Shown: piece after piece, positions 52,651 to 64,000 of the stretch
How the letters are laid out: each line of letters starts with the position of its first letter
Position numbering within the stretch: the stretch's first letter is position 1
Notes under the pieces: model-generated
Seen by the model: only the letters and a program-made list of their open reading frames with translations
Databases searched by the model: none
Told to the model about the DNA's origin: nothing
From: Salpingoeca rosetta
Taxonomy: Eukaryota > Protista > Choanoflagellata
Assembly (NCBI GenBank): GCA_033442325.1
Contig: JAWQFM010000006.1
Location: 1,806,873 to 1,870,872 of the forward strand
Direction of reading: 5' to 3'
DNA length: 64,000 nucleotides
Position numbers and translations under genes: made by a program

Positions 52651-55600
52651 AGCAGCAGCCGTGCGAAGACTGCAAGAACTTGCATCACGCCCAAACATGC
52701 CACCACCACCACCACCACCACCACCACCACCACCACCATCAACTCCACAGTCTTTCGCACCTTCTTGCGCAGCTCTTCGATGCGGGCCTCGGCCTTGGCC
52801 AAATCCTCGCTGTCCTGGAGCTCAAACCCGAGTTCGCCCCTGGTGTGCACGCACGCGTCAGTGAGATTCCCCGGTGTGGGCAACGCAGACAAAGAACACA
52901 TGCACAGACACAGGAACCCACGCACATGCAAAGGAGCAGACACACACAAACATACACGGACACACAGCCACACACAGCCGCACACAACACACAGACACAA
53001 ACATACACACACACACACAGCCGCACACAGCCACAAACAACCACACACACACACAAAGCTGTGTCACTAACAGGGCGGCCTGTCGTGTCGTCTGCCCTGT
53101 GCCAACACCGGTGAGCACCGTCTTCTTCGCTTCGCGTCGCTTGCGGTCCTCGTCCGTCTCCGCCCACAGCACCTGCGGGTTCAGTGCCTGGTAGATGCGA
53201 CTGTGGCCCGACGCTGCGCTGGCAGACGCAGTCACTGTCTTCGTGGCTGTCGTGGCCGTAGCGCTTGTCACGGTTGCTGTTGTTGTTGTTGTAGTTGTTG
53301 TTGACGACGATGCTGTGATTTGTTCCGCCTTCATTGCCACCTCAGCCTGCTGCTGCTGCTGCTGCTGCTGCGTGACTGGCGCTGCGTCTGGCTTCGCCTG
53401 TTGGGCGTGCCCATCTGCTGTAGACGTGGGCGTGGTCACAGCGTCACTCACGCTGCCACCTGCGCCGCTGCTCGCGGTGCTCACGTTGCTGGCCGTGCGG
53501 CTGTGTGTATCTCTTCTCTTCACGGGCGGAGGTGGTGGCGCCTTCTTCTTCTTCTTCGCTGCAACCGCAGGTGCTGCTGCCGTCCTTGCTGGCGACGCAG
53601 GCGTTGAGGACGTCTGTGACCCTTGCCGAGAGTGGCCGGGCGTCTTGCGCGCAACCGGTGGCGGTGGCGGCTTCTTCTTCTTCGCCGCAATCGCCGCCAC
53701 AGACAGCGGCACACCTGTTGTTGCAGGCGCAGCTGTTATTGCAGATGGTTTCTCTGTTGGCTGTGCCGCTGTCGCCTCCTCGGCTGCTGCTGCCGCTGGT
53801 GTTGTTGCTGGCGTTGCTGTTGCTGGTGCCTGTTGCGCTTCCTGCTTTGGTGCTTCCAGGAAAGCGGCACCTGTTGTTGCCTCTGCTGGCTTCTCTTCAG
53901 GCGCTGGCTTCCCTTCGTGCACATCGACCGTCTCCGTTGTAGGTTTCGGCTCTCCCTCTCTCTTCTCATGGGTAACCTCTGCTGCAACGACCTCCTTCTC
54001 TGCTTGGGTCTCTGGCTCTTCTTGTGGCGCAGCTGCCGTGGTAGCGGCTGGGGTCACATCTCCCTTGGTTGTCTCCGCCTGTTCCTCTGCTTTCACTTCT
54101 TCCTTCTCCTCCCCTTCTTCCTCTTCCTTCTTCACTTCAACTGCCTCCTGCTGCTCCTGCTCTTCCTTCTTCACTTCAACTGCCTCCTGCTCCTCCTGCT
54201 CCTCCTGCTGCTCTTTCGCCTCTCCTTCTGCCTTCTTCTCCTCCTTCTTCTCCTCTTCCTCCTCCTTCGTGACCACCGGCTTTGGCTCATCAAACGTCAC
54301 TGCAAACGCATCCTCGCCCTTTTCCTGCGCTGCTGCTGCGGTTGTTGTGGATGTTGTGGGCGGAGGGGCAAACGGATCGTCGTCGCCAAACCCAGACGCG
54401 CTCGCGTCAGATGCCGTCTCAGCAGCAACAGCGAATGGATCCACAGATGAGTCATCAAACAGGGGGCCTGTGGCGGCGGGTTCTTTGGCGCCGCTGCCTT
54501 CTTCTCCACTGCCCTGCCCACCCTGCTGTTGCTCACGCTCAACAGCAACAGCAGCAGCCGGCGTCTCCTGTGTTGCAAATGCGGCCTCATTGCTATTGTC
54601 CCCTTCCGTTGTGGCGGTTGCTGCCGCTGTTCCCCACGCGTCTGTTGCCCAGTCGCCCGTGGCTGCCGCTGTCACAGCAGTAGTCGTGGTGGTGGTTGCG
54701 GTGGCGCCCTCACCGGCCAACGCATCAGCTGTCGCTGGTGCTGCTGTCACGGGCTGCAGGAACGGGTTTGAGGCGTCAAATGGAGACGAGGACTCCGCAG
54801 CCGTCGCCTCTGGCACAGACTTGATGCGGAACTTGATGGTGTTCGTGCGTGCGCGGGGCTTTCGCTCCTCATCATCGCTATCGCCGCCGCCGTCGCCATC
54901 GCCAGCACCGCCCATGCGCGCGTGTCCCGCAGCATCCGCTTCATCCTCGCGCTCTGTGTCGGTCGTGTCGCTGTCGTCATCATCCTCCCTCTTCTTGTCG
55001 CTGAACGTGGCCTTGAACAGGTCGGCAGGGGACGGCCCAAACGGGTTGCGAGGGTCGTTGTCTTTCACAACCGTGAAGCCTTCCTCGTCCACCTCGGGCT
55101 CGCTGGTCTGGCGCTTGATCTGGTCCTCCAATTGCAGCACCTTCGCCACCGCCTCGTCTTGCGTCAGTTTCCCGCTCTTCACCAGCATTAACACCTCCAG
55201 CTGCTGTTCTTTTGTCAGGTGCAGCTCCGACGCCTTGAACGTGGGCGGCTCGCTGGACTGCCGTTTCACAGCCGCTGCCTGTGACCCTTCATCGCCCTGT
55301 GCCGATGACTCTGATGGCTTTGATGACGCTGCTCCTTGTGCGTCCTCCTGTTGCTGCTGCTCTGCGCCTTCAGCAGCGGCGGTGCTGGCTGCTGTTGTGG
55401 CTGCAGTGGTGGTTGTGGTTTCCTCTTCCCCTTCGTCTTCTTCTTGTTCCGGTTGTTCTTGCCCTTGTTGCTGTGCTTCGCTTGCTGCTGCTTGCGGGTG
55501 ATGGTCTTGTTGCGCTTCAGCCACATCTGCACCAACAGCGGCGCTCTCCTCCTCTGCTTTCTCTGCTTCATTAGCAGCTGCGTCTTCGCTTGATGCCTGC

Positions 55601-56013
55601 GCCGGCGTCTGTGCCTCCTCGCCAGCACCTTCCACGGCCGTTTCCCCCGCTTCTTCCTCATGCTGTTCCTCCTCCACTGCCTCGGTTGACTCTGCTGCCT
55701 CGGTTGAGTGGGCGAGCATGGCAGCGCGGTCCAGGATGGTGCGTTGGTGCCCACCATCTGTGATGCCCATCTCATCAAGATCAGACGCCGTCACGTCAGA
55801 CACAAACTCCGTGTCGTCAAAACCATGCTCGATAAACGTCTGCGTGTATCTCTGCATGAACGCCAACACACGAGTTGTGTGTTGTGTTGTGTTGTGTTGT
55901 GGTGCGTGAGGGGAAATATGCGTGAGTTAAGTGCGGGCACGCGTGCAGGGGTGCACACAACAAGACAAGGAACATCAGGGACATCATGCACATGCACACA
56001 CCATCCCCCCCCC

Positions 56014-56074
<61 letters not shown>

Positions 56075-59000
56075 GGCGACACAATTCCGGCCCACTCAAC
56101 TCAACAACTCCCCAAAAAGCAACGCAGCCCAACGCACACACCTCGAGCTGCATGTCCTGCAGCCAGCTGTGCACGGAGGACGATGCTGCGTCAGATGTCG
56201 ACGTGCGACCAGACGGCGCAACAACGGCAAACGACCCCTGTTCCTGTTCCCGTTCCTGCTGCTGTTCGTCCCGCTGTTGTTGCTCTTGCTCATGTGTGCT
56301 TTCCTCGCTCGTCACGGCAACGGCCTCAGCCACTTGCGTCGTCTCTTCTGTCTCCTCCTCCTGCTCAACATCGACCACGCTCTCGTCAGCGCCAGCGCCA
56401 GTGACCGTGGTAGTGGTGGTGGTCTTTGTCTTGGTTGTCGCGGTGCGAGTGGCAGTGCCCGCGGTCACGGTCAGGCGCCGTGGTGCCTCGCTAAACAAGT
56501 CAGACTTGACTGCGCGCGAGCTGCGAAGCGTCTCTCTGTTGGGCTTACGGTGGCTCATCTTGGGGCGGGAGAGGGTGTTGTGCCGCAGCGGCACCTGGTT
56601 TTCCAGCGCGGCGTTGATGTACGCAAGCTCGTCGGAGGAAAACATTTCCGATTGACTCAGCGCTTTCTTGAAGTCGCGTGTGCGTTTCATTTGCGATTCT
56701 ACATCAAGGATGCGGTTGATTGCCTCGTCCACCGTCAGCTTGCCCAGTTTCACCTGCGCAGTTTCGTTCGAGAAAAGGGAGGGGGGATGATGTGTGAGTG
56801 GGTACGTGTGCACGTGCGTGTGTGTGCACACACAGAGAGAGAGAGAGTGTGTGTGTGTGCATGAGTGCGTGGAAGTGCGTGAGTGTGTGTGTGTGCATGA
56901 GTGTGTGCATATGTGTGTGTGTGCATGTGTGTGTGCATGTGTGCATGAGTGTGTGCATGTGTGCGTGTGGGTGTGTGTGTGAAAGAGAGATAGAGTGCAT
57001 GCGTCTCTGTGTTGGGCACCCGTGTTCCAGGCGCACGAAGCCCATGCGAGAAACAAGACAACAATTTGCCAAGAGACACAATCACACGACCCTGACCGAC
57101 CTGGTGCATGATGGCCTTCCTGGCCTGATCCGGGATGCGAATGTCCTCGTCTTCCTGCTCTTCCGTATCATCGCCTTCCTTTGCGCCATCACCATCAGCA
57201 CCATCAGCACCATCAGCACCATCACCAGCGTCACCGTTCTCGTCGGCCTTGCCTTCATTGCCGGTGCCGCCGCCGGGGAGACTGCCGAGTGCAAGCAGTT
57301 CCTCAACAGCAAGCACTTTCGCGATGGCTTCGTCAACAGACAGCTTGCCATCACGCACCATGCTCATCACGGCGATGCGCTGCTCGTCCGTCATCTTCAT
57401 CTCGTTTGCCTTCAGCTCTGTGCTCGGTTGGATCACACGCACGTGCGAGCCTGCACCCGCACCAGACGCCGTGGAGGCTGACGACGATGATGACGACGAC
57501 ACCCCACCGACGGCTGCGGTCACACCCGCACCGGCGCCATTGTCCTCCTTCTTGCGCCACCGCTTTGTCAGCGATCGCAGGAACTTCTTTCCGCGCGTCT
57601 CGCGCCGGGCCGGGTGTCCGTGTTCGCCACCGCTGCCGCCCAACTCAGCAGCAGCGGCATCCCCGGCCTCGCCGTCCTGCGCCTGGGCGTGCTCCTGCTG
57701 CTCGTGGTGTTCTTGATCTTGGCTGTTGCCAGCTGGGCTATGCTCGTGCGCGTCCGTGTCTGCAATATCCTCTGGCTGAGCAGCAAAGTTGACAGACTTG
57801 TCGTGTTTCTTGTGCTTCTTTGCCTTCTCGTGCTTCTTCTTCTCCTTCTCCTTCTCCTTGTCCTTCTTCTTGTTCTTCTTCCCGCCGTCAGTCCCTGCTG
57901 CTGCTTCACCATCGCCATCAGCGTCCTCCTTGTCTTCTTCCCTGGAGACAGACACGAGCTGTGTCCCCGACGGCGACCGTGCAAACGAGATCATCGTCGT
58001 CGTTCCCCGCGACTCCAGCTCCCCAAGCGTGTCGCTCTGCACAGATGTCAATGGGGTGGTGGTGATGAGTAATGATGAGTAATGATGAGTGGAGGTAAGT
58101 GGTGTGAAATGAAACAAAGCAAGCACAAAACGTATGAAGGTTGGGGTCGTGCGCATGCACGGGTCGTGTGGCAAGCAAGCAGACACACTCGTGCTGTAAA
58201 CACACACAAACACACATACATACATCGCACAAACACACACATACATCGCACACACACGCGCGCACATACCGCCTCGCCGTCGTCTGTGTCTGTATCTTGT
58301 TGGTGCTTGTGCCCGTTTGCAGTGACAGCATCGCCATTTCCTTCGTCCTGCTCTTCCTGCGGTTGTTCTTCCTGCTTTTGCTGCTCCTGCTGGTGGTTGG
58401 AGCCAGGTTGCGCCTCCGCTGCTGCTTCCTGCTGTGCGCGCTGCTTGTACTTGTCCTTGTCGCTGCCGCGCACGCCGGCTGGTGGGTAGTGCTTGAGGCT
58501 TGCCTCATACTCGGCCTGCTGCTCTGGGGTGAGGTCGTCAAAGTAGGCCGGCTCCTCGTCGGGCCGCTTCGGCTTGAGCTGCTGCGATTGCTCCTGCGCC
58601 ATGAAAAACGCGTCGTTCTTAAACGACACCATGTTCTGCGCCAGCTGCTCTCGCCGCTTCTGCCCAGACTTGAACAGGCTCAGGCTGAACGTGCGTGAGG
58701 ATGTGGATGCCGATGACGAAGATGGTGCGGGTTTCTTCTTCTTCTCGGCTTTACGGACAGAGTGCTCCCGCAGATCCTCCAGCACCTCAGCGACGGCAGC
58801 GGTGTCTGAGGGAGAAAAGGGGGGGGGGGTTGGTGGTAGGTCATTGGTGCATGTACGTGTAAAGGGTGCGAGATGAGAACTTGGATGAGATGAGTGAACA
58901 GCTTGTTTGTCACTGCTGATTGCGTGCATGCTCGCACAGCGGCACACGCATGCACACGCACGCACGCACGCACACACACACACACACACACAACATACAA

Positions 59001-59328
59001 CCACGCACACACACACACAACCATACAAGCACACACTCGTCTAACTCTAACCTGATTCCACCAAGTCTGCGATTTCGTTGATGAGGTCGTCTGGGATATC
59101 AGCAGAGCCATCATCTTTCCTGCTCGCGTAGTCACCCGCACAGTCACACAAGGAAAAAAAAACACCCCCAAAGGTGAGCAGATTCAAGACACAGCAGACA
59201 ATCAAAGCCTCCCATGACACCAGTCATGCTGACAGGGCACTGCTCCACACTCACGTATATGGGGGCTTCCACAGCTTGACACCGCGTTGGCGCAGGGCGC
59301 TCTTGATGTTTTGCTTCAACGTCGCCAT
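51458..59328 (-). CDS. Large (~2000 aa) mosaic scaffold: NUB1-like N-terminal domain, 3 SHOCT-like helical repeats, SAM domain, endocytic linear motifs and C-terminal coiled coil
   Basis: Exons 59328-59255, 59119-59052, 58805-58270, 58036-57101, 56753-56142, 55851-53072, 52839-52761 and three further 3' exons join with matching phases and GT..AG sites. SAM: VHSWLQDMQLERYTQTFIEHGFDDTEFVSDVTASDLDEMGITDGGHQRTIL. Ends ...DEIQFDFKWN* at 51458. Confidence 0.85.
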
Positions 59329-60206
59329 TCTTTCTCTGGCGTGGGCATCCACGTGAGCTGTGCCGGGACCTTGAAGGCAGTTGTTGCGTCTGCTGGCCGG
59401 AGTGCTGCTGTCATGCACTGCCGCAGAGGGTGGCGTGCCTTGTGCTAACATGACCAAGCAGGCACAAGTAAGGGAACCAGAAACGTTCAAGGATGAGACA
59501 CCGCAGTGTGTGGTGTGCGTGTGTGTGTGTCAGGAGGTGAGTTGTACGAGTGGTACGAGTGGTACGAGTGGGTCAGGAGTGCGGTGGTGGTTGATTGATG
59601 AATGGGATGAATGAATGAATGAAAGAGTCAATCAATGGCGATGTGTTGGATGGACGGATGACTGTGAACCAACGGATGAATACAAAGTGGTGCTGTGAAC
59701 CAAGCGCGTGTACAGGGGTTGCACAGTTGGTTGTGGACAACGCCACGCTGGCTGACAAGGACGAGGGCTGAACAAGTGCAATGACATGACAGGGAGAGTG
59801 TTGCTGGCTGGATTTGTTGGGTGGTGGAAATCAAAACACAGAGCAGCGTGTGCCCACCTGATGGCAAGCGGTGAGAACCTTCTGAGTCAGTCACAACCGG
59901 CAGCAGCAAACTGTGGCGGTGGTCCTGGGCCGCGAGCAATGCAAGTGTCAGGATAGGGAGGGGGAGACGCGTGTCTCGTATCACAACACAGAGCAGAGAG
60001 TGGTCACGTCTTTGATGTGGTCGAGGTTGGGAGTTGTGTTTGTGTGTGTGTGTGTGGTGTGAGATTGCTCTTGTTGTGTCGCTTTGCCTTCTTGCTTTGG
60101 CTTCAGGGAAAAAATAAACGAACCACCCCCCGATACCAATTTTTTAATTTCTACTGGCGATTCGATGCCGAATTAACGAAAGCTGCCGCTGCTGCTTGTT
60201 GTTGTT

Positions 60207-60213
60207 GTTGCCA
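60207..60213 (+). promoter_or_regulatory. GTTGCCA RFX (X-box half-site)-like motif about 205 bp upstream of the CCDC146-like start
   Basis: Motif read directly. RFX control of ciliary genes is established, but a 7-mer can occur by chance. Confidence 0.4.
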
Positions 60214-60281
60214 AGACGCAGAGACAGCAAACAGCAAACAGCGCGACTGCTTGGAGGTGTGTGGTGCTGTGAGGCAGACCA

Positions 60282-60390
60282 CGAGCACACAGACACGTAC
60301 ATAGACACGTACACAGACACGTACATAGGCACACGAGTACACAGACACACGAGTACACAGACACGTACATAGACACGTAAACAGACACGC
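60282..60390. repeat. Degenerate 12-bp tandem repeat (ACACGTACAYAG-like) just upstream of the CCDC146-like ATG
   Basis: About 9 variant units such as acacgtacatag, acacgtacacag and acacgagtacacag. Confidence 0.7.
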
Positions 60391-60417
60391 ATAGTGCCAG
60401 CATTCACCGGCAAAACC

Positions 60418-61056
60418 ATGGCGGTAAGGTGTCCCGGCTACAGCTGCGTGAGAGTGTTGGTGTGGATTTGATGATGTGCGTGGTGTGCATGATGTGCACG
60501 ATGTGTATGGTGTGTATGTGATATGTATAAACATGGTGTGTGCTTGTGTGTGTCTGTGTGTGATTACAGGATGGGGTTGGCGAGTCGGACGTGCGGGCGC
60601 TGATGGAGCGCCTGCGCTCGGCCTTGGAGCAGTCTGAATCAAGAACAGCAAACCTCGACGACAAGTGCAGATCTCTCGCACGCGATCTAGAGGTGTGTGT
60701 GTGTGAGTGTATGTGTGTGTGCGTGAGTGTATGTGTGTGAGTGTGTGTGTGAGCGTGTGAGTGTGTGTGTGAGCGTGAGAGTGAGGGACTTTGGCGTGAA
60801 CGTGTAATCGCGTGTCCGACACCTGTGTCACGCGAGAGAACGCGATACCCCCACCAGCTCTAAACGCAAGAGGGCCGTGTTGACTCTGCCAACATCATAC
60901 AACAGGAGAGGAAAGCAGGGATACCGGAAGAGGAAGGCAAGGAAGCAAAGCTGCAGCGTGAACTGCAGGACGCGACGAAACAGCTCCACGAGCTGCAAGG
61001 CACAACGGCCTCTCTCAAGCGGCAGCTCTCCCTTCTCCAGGTCAGCACTGTGTGTG

Positions 61057-61088
<32 letters not shown>

Positions 61089-61368
61089 TATGTGTGTGTC
61101 TGTGTGCAACCTTGTGTACGTAAGTGTACCTGATTGTCAAGTATCTGTGTGCTTGTCACAGCAGTCCCTCACCGCCCACCAACGCCGTCATCATCTTCAT
61201 CACCACCACCACCTTTAGGACGAGCGCGATACGCTGAACATGGATCTCGGGGAGCTCCTTGGTCCCGTCGCTTCACAGCACAAGGAAGATGAGGCAAAGC
61301 TCCAGCAGCACATTGCAGACACAGAGGAGTACATGATCAAGGTCTGTAAAAGAGAGAGAGAGAGAGAG

Positions 61369-61408
<40 letters not shown>

Positions 61409-62106
61409 TGTGTGTGTGTGTGTATGTGTGTGTATGTGTGTGTGTGTGCGCGCGTTCCTCCGAGTGTATGTTCTTTTTCCGTGTCGCTGAACATAAGCAA
61501 CGCTCTCCTGTTTCAACGCGGCAGTTGAGACGCGAGAATTCGGCAAACGAGGAGCTCAAGGAGAAGATGCGGATCACCATCGCCCAATATGAGGATGACG
61601 TGGTGCGTACCACGAGCATGCGCGTGTTTGCGCGTGTGTGCGTAAGCGTGAGTGAGTGAGTGAGTGAGTGAGTGTGTGTGTGTGTGTTGTCGTGTGTGTG
61701 TTTGCATGTGTGTGCTCGTGTAGCTTTGTTTGCTTGCGACAATGCGCTGCACGTGTGTGTGTGACGAGCAAGTACGCGTGTTCTGGCGGGCTGCGGGCAT
61801 GTGATGTCTCCACTTCGCCCACTTGCCGCTCACGTCATGCAATCCACGCACTCAACCATCCTCTCATCCATCCACCCAAACAACCATCTGCCCATCCAAC
61901 CAACTATCCATCCTCGTTTTCCCCACCGCAACCAACACAGGAGAGCATGGGCGCGCGTGCAGAAAAGCTCTCCCAGAAGCTTGCCATGATCCAGAATGTT
62001 CCCGTGCGGACGCGGAAGCAGTGCAACGTCATTGAGGCATCCTTCAATCTTGTCGAGGTCGGTTGCTCGCTGCCTGCCTGTATGGCTGGTCTCGACTTTG
62101 TTGAAG

Positions 62107-62143
<37 letters not shown>

Positions 62144-62469
62144 CGCGTGTGTGTGCATGCGCGTGTGTGTGCATGCGTGTGTGTGCATGCGCGTGTGTGT
62201 GCATGCGTGTGTGTGCATGCGTGTGTGTGTGCACGTGTGTGTGTGTGTAACTGGATGTGGCGCTGAGATCCGCACACTTGCACAAACGCACACATGCACG
62301 TACACACATGAACAAACGCGCACACGCTCTGCGTCTGTCTCCTCACATATGCCATGGCAAACGCACATCACAGGACCAGTTGCTGAAGTCTGATGAGCAG
62401 TACAACCAGATTCGACACGACATCACAGCAGCAAAAGACGAAGCGTAAGTGCTCTTGACGTGCGTGTTT

Positions 62470-62532
<63 letters not shown>

Positions 62533-63237
62533 CGTGTGAACGTCGGCGTTCTGATCAACATGCCAGGCACCCACACGCTCTTCTCATTCACAACACCAAC
62601 TCACCCTCTTCCCCTCCCACGCACCACACGCCACCAGGGAACGGCTTCGCACGGCGTTGGAGGAGTGTGGTCTTCAACTGTTGCAAGCGGAACACGAGCG
62701 CGAAAACATGAAACGCCGTCATCAGCACAGCTTGAAGGAGGTGCGCGCGCGTGTGTGTGTGCGTGTGTGTGCTTGATTGTATTGACGACATTCTTGATCC
62801 CAATGCTTTAGGCTTGACGCATACCACAACCACAAACACACACACAACGCCAACAGGTTGAACAGTACAAGGAGGCGGCGACGGGCCAGCTTGGCGATCG
62901 CGCGCTCTACGACACAAAGCGACGACTGGTGGAGAAGGAACTCAAGTCATGCCAGGACCTCGTGAGTCGTGCATGTGTGCAACTGTGCATGTGCGCGAGT
63001 TTATGTGTACGTGTGAATGTGTGTGTGTGTGTGAGCACTTCTTCGTGTGCGTGCTTGTGTACATGCATGCGTTTGTGGGTTTATGCGCCCTGCCTTTCGT
63101 CGTTCTCTCACTTTGCCAAAACGCCAAACATCACACGTTGGCGGCGCTGCGTGTAGCTGACGCGAAAACTTCGCGAGAAGGAGAAACTGCAGAAGCACCT
63201 CAGGCAATCAGAGGTTGGATGGTGTTGTATACATGGA

Positions 63238-63287
<50 letters not shown>

Positions 63288-63549
63288 GATGTGTTATGCC
63301 TTCAGCTCACATTTTGGTTCTCGCTTATTTTATTGCACCTGGTCCTTGCCTCACTTGCACCACCACCACCACCACCACCACGACTGCAGACGAAAGAGGA
63401 GCAACTCGGTGGACTGTGCACACAATTGACAAACATGAAGGCCAAGGTGCACGCGGAGATTGAAGCGGAGCAGAAGCGCGCCATTGAGATTGGCGAATCA
63501 ACCGATAAGGTGAGAGCGTGCTTTCACATGTGTCTGTGCGCACCCATGT

Positions 63550-63641
<92 letters not shown>

Positions 63642-64000
63642 ATGCGTGTACACTCCCTTTGCCAAGCACCAAGTGGTGTGGACAACTGTCATCATGTCAA
63701 CAGCAATAGTTGTTGCTTCCACCTCAACCTCACTTCTTCACTCACCGGGGTTTTCATTTTTTCATTTCGATGTGCGTGTGCTGTGCGTGTGTGTATGTGT
63801 GTGTCCAGTGCGCCGGATTGCGCAACTGCAGCAGGCGGTGGACAACGCGAGCAACGACCGCATCAAGGCAGAGCGCATGCGTGCGCAGGCAGAGGTGCGT
63901 TCGTGGGGCCACAGTGGCGTGCCAGCCACACGTACTGATCACGCTCATGCCCACAAACTTGCAGCAATGCCTGCATTCATGTTCTCCCAACACACCCACG
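60418..64000 (+). CDS. CCDC146: Long coiled-coil protein, CCDC146 (MBO2)-like ciliary/axonemal protein; runs off the window
   Basis: aaaaccATGGCG|gtaagg start and at least 12 small in-frame exons. GQLGDRALYDTKRRLVEKELKSCQDLLTRKLREKEKLQKHLRQSE and IQNVPVRTRKQ resemble human CCDC146 (LTERGILD...DELSRKQREKERDFRNLRKME and HQTIPVQIGKE) as I recall them. Coiled coils are easy to mis-assign. Confidence 0.6.

Noticed and set aside
53195-55501. 768-aa plus-strand ORF, and similar long antisense ORFs at 3660-4496, 6484-7926, 25663-26600 and 1608-2810
   Set aside because: These are shadow frames opposite GC-rich real exons and have no motifs of their own.

Overview
This is eukaryotic, GC-rich, intron-dense genomic DNA whose introns are packed with (CA)n/(TG)n and trinucleotide microsatellites. 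Gene content (huntingtin, H-NOX guanylyl cyclase, sorcin) and intron style point to a choanoflagellate, most likely Salpingoeca rosetta; that is an inference. Almost all ORFs in the six-frame track are microsatellite or antisense artefacts. By joining exons by eye at GT..AG sites I recover 13 protein-coding genes: PRPF38B-like (+, 5' partial), a complete ~35-exon huntingtin (-), an SDR (+), an H-NOX soluble guanylyl cyclase (-), a CRT-like transporter (+), a divergent GDA1/CD39 NTPDase (+), PTAR1-like (-), a disordered hypothetical protein (-), a CYB561D-like cytochrome (+), sorcin/grancalcin (-), an intronless secreted 7-repeat beta-propeller (+), a very large mosaic scaffold (-) and a CCDC146-like coiled-coil protein (+, 3' partial). 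The most notable items are these. (1) The mosaic scaffold joins a NUB1-type N-terminal domain, three SHOCT/SASH1-like helical repeats, a SAM domain, FCHo/SGIP1-like AP2-activation motifs and NPF/DPF motifs. (2) The guanylyl cyclase has a predicted O2-binding H-NOX, a complete active site in one chain and an in-frame C-terminal ubiquitin-like domain. (3) The huntingtin lacks both the N-terminal polyQ/polyP and the long protease-sensitive loop, yet keeps human-like exon sizes. All homology calls come from remembered motifs, not database searches. I saw no RNA genes, CRISPR arrays or transposases.
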